The position numbers were made by a program, and so were the translations under genes. A stretch of DNA of 62,080 bases, counting the filler, from Stramenopiles sp. TOSAG23-6 (lineage: Eukaryota): the NCBI GenBank assembly GCA_900128565.1. It is 16 parts of 16 records of this genome, joined end to end, with 100 filler letters (N's around TTAATTAATTAA, not from the genome) between each part and the next. Parts side by side here need not be neighbours in the genome. Positions count along the whole stretch, not along the records: positions 23,383 to 27,173 come from LT637377.1; positions 27,274 to 31,063 come from LT637378.1; positions 31,164 to 34,950 come from LT637379.1; positions 35,051 to 38,836 come from LT637380.1; 12 more parts are not named here. One strand, given 5' to 3'. Shown here piece by piece: positions 24,292 through 36,820 of this stretch. Numbering within the stretch: position 1 is the stretch's first letter; every line of letters starts with the position of its first letter. The notes beneath the pieces are model-generated. The model saw nothing but the letters and a program-made list of their open reading frames with translations. It was not told the DNA's origin and did no database searches.

Positions 24292-25778
24292 TTACTTGCC
24301 ACCTTTTATCCAGCGTTGTATCATTCCAAAATAATGATAAAATGGAGTCGAACTCTCTTTACTTTTTGGTTCGTAGGGTTGAGTGTCAGTCAGATAAGGC
24401 ACATATGCAGTTCTACGAATGCTCTCTTTGCCATGAGTTGCCCCTTTCACACGATGCCATAAGCGCCCATCATGGACGGTGACGTCACCCGGGAATGTTG
24501 ACACACAAATTTCCGTCTCTTCATTATCATCATTGCTTATGAAATAAATTTTTCTAAACATGAAACCAAGTAAACTCTGATGATGTTTGTGACAAAATAT
24601 TCTGGAAAAAAAAAACGTTAGGTACGAAATTTCGTACGAAAAAAATATTCTGGAAAAAAAACGTTAGGTACGAAATTTCGTACGAAAAAAAAATATTTGA
24701 AATTTATCATCATGATAATTTACATGAGTCTTTGGTAATAAACAGAGAACAGCATCACCATTAAACTTTGAGACCTTGTCCAAATGAATTCCAAAATTGA
24801 GCATAGGACTTGGACGTCGTAAGTACGCGATATCACGAAGTGCATCTGTGTGCCAGCCTAACATTTTACGAGACCATAAAGAAGATTTATTCGCCTCAGA
24901 GCTGTAATACGCGTTCATAACAACACATGTATTTTGGAAAAATATTTCAAAAAAAATCTAAAAAAATATGTTAGGTACGAAATTTCGTACGAAAAAAACT
25001 GAATTCGATTTTTTTTTTTACCGAAAAAAAAAAAAAAATAAAACATTCCATCTTTCTCAACGTCTCCGATTCGCACTCGAGATCTTGCTTTAGGTAATAC
25101 TTGTAATACGTCAACTTCGCTTATAGAATGATCCAATATTTCTTTCTTTATAGTACTATTTGTACGTGATTTTTCATCATCGTATAAACCAAATGCATCA
25201 ACGACTATATCTTTCACGACATCGAAACGATCATTTCTTATGACATTTCGAACTGAATCGGACAAGGTAGATGTGAAGGGTATGCGGGTCAGACACTTAC
25301 GACCATTTTCACACGTCCCTTGAAATATTGGAACACCCCTAATGGATGTAACATTACGAACCAGTAAATCTTTCTCTATGCGTTGTCTTTCCGACAACAA
25401 TGTTTGAACCTCACTGGCAAGTAGAGCTCTCTCAAAACGAATGAATCCGTAGTATCTAAAAAATGATAACTGTTTGGATGTCAAGGAAGCTTCTAAATGA
25501 AAGACAGTGTCAACCGGAGGTATCTTCCCGGGGTTTATTTCTAAACCATATGTTGCGGCAAATCTAGCTTTTAGATCATTTTCATCGTATGGTGCAGTAT
25601 AATGTTTCTCATAGACATGAATCACGTGGGGTGTGATTGAACAGCCTAGTATTATAATGGTAAGCAAAGCAAGAGCACAAAACATAATACATTTAAGTGA
25701 AAACCATATCGCATTGACAAACGGTAAGTGCGGCTGCATATCTGCATTTTTCACTTTCAAAATTTTATTTGAGCTCAT
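24292..25778 (-). CDS. PhyH-like 2OG-Fe(II) dioxygenase with N-terminal TM; introns 24927-25048, 24583-24723
   Basis: GFIRFERAL, GWHTDALRD, LPKTH|HQ, PGDVTVHDGRLWHR (HxD..H triad). Confidence 0.82.
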
Positions 25779-26188
25779 GATTTTTCATCTAGCGTGTGAT
25801 AGCTTCTTGTTTGTGTAAGTTCGTATGTTTCTGCCTGACTTATGCCAAAATTGCTATTATAATTTTTAGGTATTCAAAAAATAGGGATATAAATGTGACT
25901 GTCATGACAGAGAAAATTGCTAGGGTTAGGGCTCGGGCTCTGGAAAAAAAATCCAAAAAAAAAATTGAAATCTTTTGCGCATGTTCTTTCGCTTTAAATA
26001 GTTCACTTGAAGGATTTTAGATTACTCGTATATAAATAGTGGGGTTTCAGATTCTTTTGTATAGTTAGTAATACAGTAATTATCTTGTTACAAGGCACTA
26101 GAAGCTTCTTAAAGTAGTGAACAGTAAAAATTGGTGGAAAAATAGTATATAATAGTACAAAATAGTTTTCTCATCGTATAGAGTACGG

Positions 26189-27093
26189 ATGCCGCCTTTA
26201 TCATTTAATTCTTCTGAGCTAAAGCAATCTGAAGAAGGCATAATGCTTCCAGGAATGAAGAATGTATTTAGGCGTCGCCATAAACACAAAGTTATAAACA
26301 CGGAATTTTCTCCTTTAGTAGGTCGGAGAAGAAAAATGTACCCGAAGAAAAAAGAACAAAAATCCAACGATGTGTTTGTTTCAACGTTACAACAATCAAC
26401 GCCCTCCTCCCCTACTGGTGCTACTTCTCTACCGGAAAATCTAGAAACAGCTTATTTGTCTGATTTCAATTATGCGTTAAAATGTGTTCAAGTTACGTTC
26501 CTTTTAATTGCAATGACTGTTGTTTTTGGTGTATACACTGCGTTCGGATTATTAGCTGTTTTGTGTGTTTTTTTAATAGTTGTAGAAGTTTATTTCCTGA
26601 AAGTTGTGTTATCGCGGCAACTGAAATCAATATCGGCGCCTCTACTTATATCTTATTTACCAGAAAATCTGAAGTGTGCATTATTTCAAACGACACTTGA
26701 AGATTTCCTTTTAGATAGCACTTTCTTTGATTGGTGTATTTCTATTTCTTCAGAGCTATGGCCTCTCTTCCTAGGTTTGAGTGTGCAGGAAAGGCGTAAA
26801 TTCATGTCAAACTTACGACCTGAACTACGTCAAGCTTTAATACGCCCTGGACTAATTCATGCTCTTCCTTTTCCCGTGAAGTCATTTTTATTACCAAATC
26901 TAATCGACTTTGACTCCAATACTGAAAACAACTCATCAGTGAATTTTATCCCTAACCCTAATAGAATATATAATATAGAACAGCCAATGATGGGTACGGG
27001 CGGTATGGGTTCCAGGCTCTGTAGAAATATTCATTCTTCTGGAAACAATGAAAATAATGAGTTAGTATCAGTGACAAATAATCAACGAGGCGC
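26189..27093 (+). CDS. Hypothetical 2-TM protein, 3' truncated
   Basis: Long ORF with a hydrophobic hairpin; ends at an element copy (27094). Confidence 0.6.
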
Positions 27094-27339
27094 GTACGTT
27101 TTCATTATGAATTTGAAGTTTTTTTTCGTACGAAATTTTGTACCTAACAAATTTCGAATTTAATTTTTTTTACNNNNNNNNNNNNNNNNNNNNNNNNNNN
27201 NNNNNNNNNNNNNNNNNTTAATTAATTAANNNNNNNNNNNNNNNNNNNNNNNNNNNNNNNNNNNNNNNNNNNNTCCGTTCTTTACATTCAATACTTTTAT
27301 CCTTTGCTTGTTTAACAATATATACAGCATTTTTCTCGG

Positions 27340-28374
27340 ATGCATCGTGTTAGCTCACGTACTGTTGCTTCATATCCTGGGGAAATGAAAGTTCGCGACC
27401 CTGAGTCTCCGGGTCCAAACAAGCGCATTCTCGTTACAGGCGCCACTGGTCAGATTGGCCAGGAACTTATCCCAGCGTTGCGTAAAATATATGGTGTGGA
27501 AAATGTAATTGCTTCTGATGTTAAGCAAGCTCCACGTGAATTTTCTGATGCAGGTCCATTTGTATACTGTGATGTTACTGATTACAACATGTTAGCTCGC
27601 GTAGCACTGGAGCACAATGTTGATTATATTTGTCACATGGCCTCTTTGCTCTCTGCTGTGGGAGAGAAAAACCCTTTACTTGCCATTCAAGTCAATAATC
27701 GCGGGATTGAAAACGTAATGCAGCTAGCACATGCAAATAAACTGCGTGTTTTTGCTCCTTCAAGCATTGCTGCCTTCGGACCCTCTTCGCCAAAAGTAGA
27801 TACTCCTGATGAATGCATTATGAGACCTACGACGATATATGGAGTNACTAAAGTATACACTGAACTCCTAGGCGAGTATTATAATTCACGTTACGGAGTA
27901 GATTTTAGATCTGTTCGTTTCCCAGGTATTATCTCCAACAAAGTCTTACCAGGTGGAGGTACCACAGATTATGCAGTTGATGTCTATTATTCCGCAGTAA
28001 AAAAGGATGCTAAAGATAGAAAATATTGTTGTTTCTTAGAAAAAGATGCACGACTTCCAATGATGTATATGGATGATGCTGTAAGTGCAGTGGTTGAAAT
28101 TCTTTCCGTGGATGATTCGAAGTTGACACAAAGAACATATAATATTGGATCAATGAATTTTACACCTTCGGAGTTATTTTCTGCCATACAGAAAAAAGTT
28201 CCAGACTTGAAAGTTGAATATCAACCAGACTTCAGACAAGACATTGCTTCCACTTGGCCACAGTCACTTGATGATTCAAAAGCTAGGGAAGATTGGGAAT
28301 GGAATCCACAATATGATATTGATGTAATGACTGAAGATATGCTCAATGTCCTGGGCCAGCGCGAATTGGAATAA
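27340..28374 (+). CDS. TDH: L-threonine 3-dehydrogenase (SDR type), intronless
   Basis: ILVTGATGQIGQEL, PSSIAAFG, YGxTK, PGGGTTDYA, RQDIASTWP. Confidence 0.93.
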   Translation: MHRVSSRTVASYPGEMKVRDPESPGPNKRILVTGATGQIGQELIPALRKIYGVENVIASDVKQAPREFSDAGPFVYCDVTDYNMLARVALEHNVDYICHMASLLSAVGEKNPLLAIQVNNRGIENVMQLAHANKLRVFAPSSIAAFGPSSPKVDTPDECIMRPTTIYGXTKVYTELLGEYYNSRYGVDFRSVRFPGIISNKVLPGGGTTDYAVDVYYSAVKKDAKDRKYCCFLEKDARLPMMYMDDAVSAVVEILSVDDSKLTQRTYNIGSMNFTPSELFSAIQKKVPDLKVEYQPDFRQDIASTWPQSLDDSKAREDWEWNPQYDIDVMTEDMLNVLGQRELE

Positions 28375-28566
28375 ATAAGTTAATCACCATTTGTCTAATT
28401 GAAAAAGGATCAAGCGTATATAGAGTGCATTGATCTATTATTAATTCAAAAATGTTACTTTTTTGTTCCATTTTCTAGTGGGTATAAAGATTTCAAGCCT
28501 AATTTTGTATTATATTAGAGAAATAAAGTATAAATTCTATTTTTTTATTNAAGTAAATGTGTCAAC

Positions 28567-28932
28567 TTATTTAGCTGCTATATTTTCTATGAGTGGCCTA
28601 ATTCCAAAACACGCCAGTTCAACACCAGTTTCTAACCTATTACAAATTGAACTTGGACGCAAATGCTCCGCATCAAGATTTTCGACTACCTGAATTATCG
28701 CGATACCAACCTCATCATTCGTTTTTTTCTCAGCAAAGTCATTGTATTGTTTAGTCAAGCGGGACCATTGATCCACACCAAGCTTCTGTTTGCACATTGA
28801 ACAGTATTTTGTACTAGTAAAAAGAGACCCTAAAAATGTAGCTTCCTCTGAAACTGACGCCTTGCTCATAGAATGCTTTGCTTTGTAACGGTATTCTGCA
28901 TCTTTTGTGGCAACTTCGGCGAAACTTGGCAT
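28567..28932 (-). CDS. Small hypothetical protein
   Basis: 121-aa ORF from ATG, divergent from the next gene; CxxC. Confidence 0.45.
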   Translation of the reverse strand: MPSFAEVATKDAEYRYKAKHSMSKASVSEEATFLGSLFTSTKYCSMCKQKLGVDQWSRLTKQYNDFAEKKTNDEVGIAIIQVVENLDAEHLRPSSICNRLETGVELACFGIRPLIENIAAK

Positions 28933-29126
28933 ATTGCTTTATATCAATAATATTGCTTTTTGTTTTGTTTTGTATGTCGAAGGAAAACTCGCGCTGAAGT
29001 TTTTGTTCGGATTTCGTGCACTGCAGCAAAAAACGCGATATGATATCCGGGCATCACATTTCAATATTATATCGAGAGATCTTCTTAAACCGTTTGAATA
29101 TTGTGTTGGAATTAGAGTCGTGTGCG

Positions 29127-30991
29127 ATGGACACCGGCGATACGGTTGGATTGTATAAAGAGGATGATGCCGATCATTTCGACGTTAGTGTTGATTTTGA
29201 TACTGACGAAAAAAAAGATGATCCCGTTGGCACTGACGACTGGGACCAGAAGAAAATGCGAGTCACTTCTTCTGGACGTGACATTACTGTAAGTTCAGCT
29301 GCGTCTCGCCGTCGGGAAATAGCTGTATATATTGTTAAACAAGCAAAGGATAAAAGTATTGAATGTAAAGAACGGAGATTAGTAGCAGAAGAAGAACTTA
29401 GACTTATGAGAATTGAAGCATTTGAAAAAACTCGTGCTGCTGCTGACGAAGTTAATAATGCCGAGTCACAGGTCGCTGAGTTTGAGCGTTCTCTCGAGTT
29501 AGCTCGAACACGGCTTGAGGAAGCGAATACTGCAAAAAGCATAGTTGCAAAAAAGTATCCTGAATTTGTAAGTACTCTTGTTTCAGCGCTTGATGTGCGA
29601 GTAAAGGATGAAGAAGAAGCCATTGAAGCTCTTCAAAAGGCTCAGGAAAATGAAGAAGAAGCGATCTATGAATTGTGTCAGGCTGCTGCCACGGAAGTAG
29701 CTGCTGAACAGATTCGAGAAGAAAATAAGCGTCTTAAAGAAGCCGAAGACTTTGAGAAATGGGAAGAGCAGTGTGCAGAAGACCGTGAAAATATGTACGT
29801 TTTCATCATACATTTCGAATTTCTTTCTTTTTTATTATGAAAATTTTGTACCTAACGATTTTTTTTTTTAAATATTTTTTCACTGTACATACATCCTACA
29901 AAGTGGTCCCCCAAACAGATTGGTGTCTTTATCAGTGAATTCCAACTTCCAAATAACAAACAGGTTCGTGCTAACTTTGAAAGTGCTGCTGAGGAGTCCG
30001 ATGGGCGTTGGATAAAATTATTAAAATTTGCTTCAGATGAGTCAAACAAACAGATTGACAGTATTTTGGCTGATCTTGGTATTACAAATGTTTTTCATCA
30101 GTTACGTATGCGTCGTAGACTCTCAGAACTAGTAAGTACTCGAACAAATGGAAAAACGCCAGGCCTGGTAAAAAGTAATTCGCCAAGACATTCATCAAAG
30201 TTTCAGAAAAAGAAAAGAGAACAAAATAAGCACATGTCTTTGGCTATGACAAGGGCTAATGCTACTGCAGCAGCAATTAATAAAGCCTCAAATGCTGCTG
30301 CGGCAAATGTCGAGGCACAGGATAATAGGATTCGATCTAAAGTTTTACGATATTCAATCATGGCAATGTACGTTTTCAAAATTGGATTTCAGTTTTTTTT
30401 TTCATACGAAATTTTGTAATTAACGAATATTTTAAAACCAAAAAAAAAATATTTTTTCACAATGAGTGGATGAGCTTGACAAGAATAATAATGGTTTGGC
30501 TGGGTTTCGAAATAAGGGTAGACTTGGAATCGGCTGGGGATCTAAGTACAAGTCTTTTCGTGCTTCATGTATGTTTTATTTTTTTTCAAATTTCTAATTT
30601 ATTTTCGTACGAAATTTTGTACCTAACAAATTTTAGGTTTTTTTTTTTGAAATATTTTTCCAAAATACATCAGTCTCGCCTAAAAATAGAAAACATGAAA
30701 ATATACGTGGGAAGAACAATCGAAGAAAAATGAAAACTAGTCAGTCTCTACCGTCAATGTCCCTGAAGAAATATTTAAATCGTGACACTACTATTGATAC
30801 TGAATCCTGGAAATCACCTGGTGATGATAGAATGAATGGTGAAAATTCAGTAGGTACGAAAATTAGTACACTATCAAAGAAACAACAAACTACTACAACA
30901 GTTTCTTATGCGCCACAAAATACAAATAGAATCGATAGAAAATCTTCAGACACTAAGCCACCACGGAGACGGGGGAGGTCGAATACTGTAT
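29127..30991 (+). CDS. Coiled-coil and SAM-like domain protein, 3' truncated; introns 29795-29890, 30368-30467, 30569-30670
   Basis: HPTKWSPKQIGVFI..LADLGITNVFHQLRMRRRL; frames join after element removal. Confidence 0.6.
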
Positions 30992-31163
30992 GTATGTTTT
31001 ATTTTTTTTTTGTATGAATTTTTTTTTATAGGAAATTTTGTACCTAACAATTTTTTCAATTTTNNNNNNNNNNNNNNNNNNNNNNNNNNNNNNNNNNNNN
31101 NNNNNNNTTAATTAATTAANNNNNNNNNNNNNNNNNNNNNNNNNNNNNNNNNNNNNNNNNNNN

Positions 31164-34100
31164 AATAATGAAAATAATGAAAATAATGAAAATAATGAAA
31201 ATAATGAAAATAATGAAAATAATGAAAAAGACACAATGTGGCTTGAGAATGAAAATTCAAATCAATCACAAAATTCACAGGCATCCATTGTTATTGAAGA
31301 TTTGCTTCATTGGATTTCTCAAAATCAAACTCCTGCAGAACAATCCCAGGAAAAAAAATATACACAGTTAAATGTAAAAAATAATACAATACATAAAAGT
31401 AGTAAGGAGGCTAGTGTCCATAGTACGTTAGTGAATGCTTTTTTTACCTACATTTTTTTTTATAGTCAATTTCGTACCTAACAAAACTTTTAAAAATTTA
31501 AGAAAAATATTTTTTTACCTAAATTTTTTTTGTAGTCAATTTCATACCTAACAAATTATATATATATATATATATATTTCACAATAGACCTCGCAGATGG
31601 TAGTGAAAGTGATGGTTCTTGTATAGATGAACTAAGTGATGATGACGTCAATATACATGTACGTTTTTTCCTCATCAATGTTTTTTTCAATTTCGAAGTT
31701 TTTTTTTATACGAAATTTTGTACCTAACAAAATTTTTTTTTTTTTTTGAAAAATCGTTTTGTTTTTTTTGAATCAAATTCGAGTTTTTTTTTCAAACATT
31801 TTCATCCTACACTGTGTAGTACTTAACAATTTTCAAATGTATTATATTGTTTCACAAAATATACAAATTTCACGCCACTTCATTCACAAACGTCTTTCAC
31901 AATGACACAAACATCTCAAAACGATAATATATTCAATACGAAAATTCTAGATCCTACTACCCCTAACCCTAGGATTAACCCTAACCCTACAACACCTACA
32001 CATAGGAAAAAAATATCCTTGGAATTATTGAACCCTAGCCCTGACAACAATTCAAATCAAATATATCCTACAATTCCTAAAACTCCGAAAGAATATCACC
32101 GTGAAAAAAAACGAAGAAGAAAACTAGAAGAAAGTTCTATAAGTTGGAGTATTTTAGAATCTCAATATGTCGAAGAATCATCTCAGATGAAACAAAATAT
32201 GGATATAGACCCTAACCCTAACCCTATAAATGATAACACTAATGCTCATGTAGAAGAATCATCTCAGATGAAACAAAATATGGATATAAACCCTAACCCT
32301 AATCAAAATATGGATATAGAGCGTGTTCATCCAACTATAAATGATACTACCATTGTCAATATAGAAGATATAGTTAATATAAAAACTTCAAAACAAAATA
32401 TGGATATAGAGCATGTTCATCCAACTATAAATCCTACTACGGATTATGTAAAACAAACAAATGTAAAAACACGAAATCAAAAAAATAGTCGAAAGAGACG
32501 TTTTATACAAAAAAAAAAAAAGTATAATCCAAGTGATGAAACAGAGCATTCTACCCCTAACCCTAACCCTAACCCAAATAAACGTGTTTGTGTTGACTCC
32601 TCGTCTGATTTTTGTATACCATCTATACATCAAAAACATGAAAATTCTAAAACCTCATTTCATTGTACTGATTCAATACACCTTAAAAAAAAACAAAAAA
32701 AACAAAAAAAACAAAATAATTTTACAATATAAAAAAATAGCACCGTCAATTCAGTCCTTATTATCATCTCGATTTTGTCCAAAAATGGATGAAACTGTAC
32801 AGAATGGAGCATTTTATAGTAAGTATAAAGATATTCCAATAGCGCCATATCGATTTGGAGGTTTCACACATCATCTCCCTTTTGATGTTGAACAAACATC
32901 ACAATTAAAGCCATTTCGACCTACTTTACTTTCCCCTAACCCTAAAAATGTTATAACTGAAAACATAAAAAACATAAAAAACATAAAAAACATAAAAAAC
33001 ATAAAAAACATAAAAAATTGCCCTAACCCTAAACATGGTGTAGCTGAAAACATAAAAAACATAAAAAATAGCCCTACTACCCCTACACATGAGGCTCTAA
33101 TCAATACGATACATTCTACAAATTTCACACGAAATATTCATGTCAAGAATAATACACAAAATAAACAAAACAAACAACATGAAAAAAATGTATGTTTTAC
33201 TTTTTTTTTCAATTTCGAATTTATTTTTTCATACGAAATTTTGTACCTAACGAATTTTTTTTGAAATATTTTTCCAAAATACAGATACATTATGATTTTG
33301 AATATGTAAATGTAAATAATTCAATACGAGATTATGTTATACTTGAACCTTCTATGCAACCTCCGTCAATTGAAATTGTGAATTGTTGGATGAATCAAAA
33401 CCCTAACCCTAACCCCATCAAACTACCACTGGAAAGGTCAATAATACAATCAAAGAAACAATTTTTAAAATGTACACATAAAACTGAACTAGATAGACAT
33501 GGTAGGCGTTTACCCGTACAAATATATCGGAATAAGAGCCGAGATTCGCAAATTTCAGAAGAATCGAGAACACCTGCATCACTGCAGACAACACAATCGA
33601 GTTCATCTAGTCGTGATCTTTCTAATGATCTTTCTAATGATCTTTCTAATGATCTTACTAATGATCTTTCTAAGACAACACAATCGAGTTCATCTAGTCG
33701 TGATCTTACTAATGATCTTTCTAATGATCTTTCTAATGATCTTACTAATGATCTTACTAATGATCTTTCTAATGATCTTTCTAATGATCTTTCTAATGAT
33801 CTTTCTAGTGATCTTTCTAATGATCTTTCTAATGATCTTTCTAATGATCTTTCTAATGATCATAATCATTATAATGATTGTAATGATTTTAAATCTTCAT
33901 TTCCGAATACATCCCAAGTGAATTCCCAAGATAAAAACACGAATTCTCAAGATATACAAAATTCATTACGCATGAAATTTGGTAGGAAATTAGATACGGA
34001 TTCAATGGACAATAAAAAAAATACTAGGGTTAGGGTTTCACGTCTTGATAAATATGTCGTAGTATTAAGTATAGAATTGTTATGTGCTACTCGCAATGAA

Positions 34101-34873
34101 TTATCCCCAAATTCTAATAATGATGAAATTATTGCTATTTGTTATTGTATACATACGTTTTATTTTTTTTACAAAAAAAACGAATTTTTTTTTTCGTACG
34201 AAATTTCGTACCTAACAAATTTAAGTTTTTTTTTTTGAAATATTTTTCCAAAATACACATACTTGCGGAGATAATTCTAAAAATGATACAATAGGTGTCA
34301 TTGCTGTAATAAAGAATATAAATCTTGAAAAAAATCACACGCCAAAACAATCATGTAGGTCTCCAAAATTGAATTTCTAATTTTTTTTTTTTTTTTGAAT
34401 TTTTTTTTCTTTGTAAATTTTGTACTTAACAAAAAAAAATCAAAATTTTGAAAAAATATTTTTTCATCATGTATATTTAGGTCTAGTTGATCCAACAATA
34501 GAATTGACGGTCGTTCCAACAGAAACATTACTATTAGAAGAGTTTATTAAATTAGTTCAAAAAGTAGATCCTGATATAATCGTAGGGTATGACTTAGTAA
34601 GAAGATCTTTAGGTTATATGTATGTTTTATTTTTTTTCAAATTCGATTTGTTTTTTTCGTACGAAATTTTGTACCTAACGATTTTTTTTCTGAAATATTT
34701 TTCCAAAATACATTTTATCAAGAGCATCAATTGTAGAAGATCAGTCCCCTAACCCTAATAAAGAGTCTACATCATATAACCCTAACCCAAACGAGAAAAA
34801 ACATTCCACAAAAATGATATCCTCGCTCTCACGAGTTCCTTTCGCTCCTGCCCACCAACGTGTGAATAATGAT
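31164..34873 (+). CDS. REV3: DNA polymerase zeta catalytic subunit, internal multi-exon fragment
   Basis: LSIELLCATRNELSPNSNNDEIIAICY; ETLLLEEFIKLVQKVDPDIIVGYDL..SLGYI|LSRA; LSRVP; upstream exon boundaries partly uncertain. Confidence 0.82.
33614..33860 (+). repeat. Coding 12-bp tandem repeat (DLSN)n in the REV3 linker
   Basis: GATCTTTCTAAT units. Confidence 0.93.
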
Positions 34874-35050
34874 GAATGTTTTATTTATTTTTTTAACAAA
34901 AAAATCGAATTTTTTTTTTCGTACGAAATTTTGTACCTAACAATTTTTTTNNNNNNNNNNNNNNNNNNNNNNNNNNNNNNNNNNNNNNNNNNNNTTAATT
35001 AATTAANNNNNNNNNNNNNNNNNNNNNNNNNNNNNNNNNNNNNNNNNNNN

Positions 35051-35347
35051 TACAGTAGTCTTGGCCTGTAGGAATAAAGAGAAGGCTGAAAAAGCAATCG
35101 AAGATATAAAAGATGAACTCAGAAAAGTATCAGCAATTCGAGGCAGAGAAATCGTCGAAAGATTACATTTTCTTTCTCTTGACTTGAGTGACTTAAAAAG
35201 TGTTGGTATATTTGCACAGAAGTTTTTAAAAGTATTTGGTCAATTGACTGTGTTAGTAAATAATGCAGGTCATAATATATCTGGAAGAACTAGTCAAGGT
35301 TTGCCATTAATACTCGGTGTTAACTTCGTTGGACACTTTCATCTTAC
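35051..35347 (+). CDS. SDR (retinol dehydrogenase-like) fragment
   Basis: VVLACRN, LDLSDLKSV, LVNNAG, GVNFVGHFHLT. Confidence 0.85.
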
Positions 35348-35438
35348 GTATGATTTATTTTTTTTCAAATTCGAATTTTTTTTCATACGAAATTTTGTAC
35401 CTAACAATTGTTTTTTGAAATATTTTCCCAAAATATAT

Positions 35439-36681
35439 TTGCTTATACTGTTGTTCTACTTATTTACGTCCCAGGTGCAGTGTTTGGATATATTGCATGT
35501 GGCGATTCTACAATTGATGATATTTTGGCTATTCCAGAAAAAGGTCATTATTGCTTTGCGAGCGATCCTTATCACCTTATTGAAATCTCCCAATGTTTGT
35601 TTTCATGATTCATTTGAAAATTCATTTGAAAATTCGATTTTTTTTTCGTACGAAATTTTGTACCTAACAAAAAAACATTTTGAAATATTTTTTCACAAGA
35701 TATGTATGATTGCTATCGCAGGTTTGTGTTGTTATCCATTGAACCATTTTCCAGGCAGGTCTGCGACTTTTAATATATTATTTAAAGAAAGGACGGATGT
35801 ACGTTTTTTCACTACATCTTTTNTNCTTTTTTTTTTTTTTTTTTTNTAGAAAATTGTTCACCAAACAAATTTTAAATTTTTTTGAAATATTTTCCAAAAT
35901 TATATCCACCTTTAGGACCACCGTGGCTTAGATTTGCCTTTCGGCAGAGATTTAAAATCGAGGCTATTATTTTTGTGAGTGTCACGACGTTTCTAGCTAT
36001 TAGCGTTCATAATATATCTTTAGTTTTTGAATTACTCGGTGCAACGTGTGCATGTACGTTTCATCATATATTTACTTTTTCTTTTTTCGTACGAAATTTT
36101 GTACCTAACGATTTTTTTTACTAAAACAAATATTTATTCACAATACATGTACTTTAATGTTTATTTTCCCTGCATTGATTTGCTGGCGACTTGGAAGATC
36201 TGAAGTTTCAGGTACTCAAATTTTCACAAATTCGCAAAATATAGAAGTTGGTTCTAGATTTAGATCATGTATGTTTTCATCATGAATTTCAAATTTATTT
36301 TTTTGGTACCAAATTTTATACCTAACGATTTTTTTTTACAAAAAAAAATATATTCTTTTCAATACATTCCATTCTGAGGAACATTTTCGTGACTCCATTC
36401 AAAATGTAAATGAAATAGAAAATTCTTTTGATGCCGATGGTGATACTATTGATGTGTCTGTTCGTATATGGTGGCATGCTCCAATACCATGTACGTTTTC
36501 ATTATGAATTTCAAATTTATTTATTTTTGTACAAAATTTTATACCTAACGAATTTCAAATGTAACATTTTTTTTACAATACATACGTCACTATATTCTAT
36601 TTATTTTTGGGTGTGGTACTTCTTGTATGTGGTACAACATCAAGTATTATTGATATTGTTAACAAATTAAAACATGCTTAA
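35439..36681 (+). CDS. SLC38/AAAP amino-acid transporter, C-terminal part; introns 35595-35703, 35799-35905, 36054-36148, 36269-36367, 36491-36583
   Basis: GAVFGYIACGDSTIDDIL, YPLNHFPGR, LLGATCA|CTLMFIFPAL; five consecutive GT..AT junctions keep the frame to the stop. Confidence 0.85.
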
Positions 36682-36820
36682 GGTAGAATTATACTAGAGA
36701 GGCTATATATATTTTTTTGTTTAGGAAGATAAAATCTTTTGGATAGAATTTCTAATGAAATAAAAAAACGTTTGGATAGAATTCATAATGAAATAAATAC
36801 GTGTCTCATAGAATATACTT

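Noticed and set aside
33499-33921. Hydrophobic ORF (MIFL)n and similar short F/K-rich ORFs
   Set aside because: Shadow frames of coding repeats or translations of the intron element.
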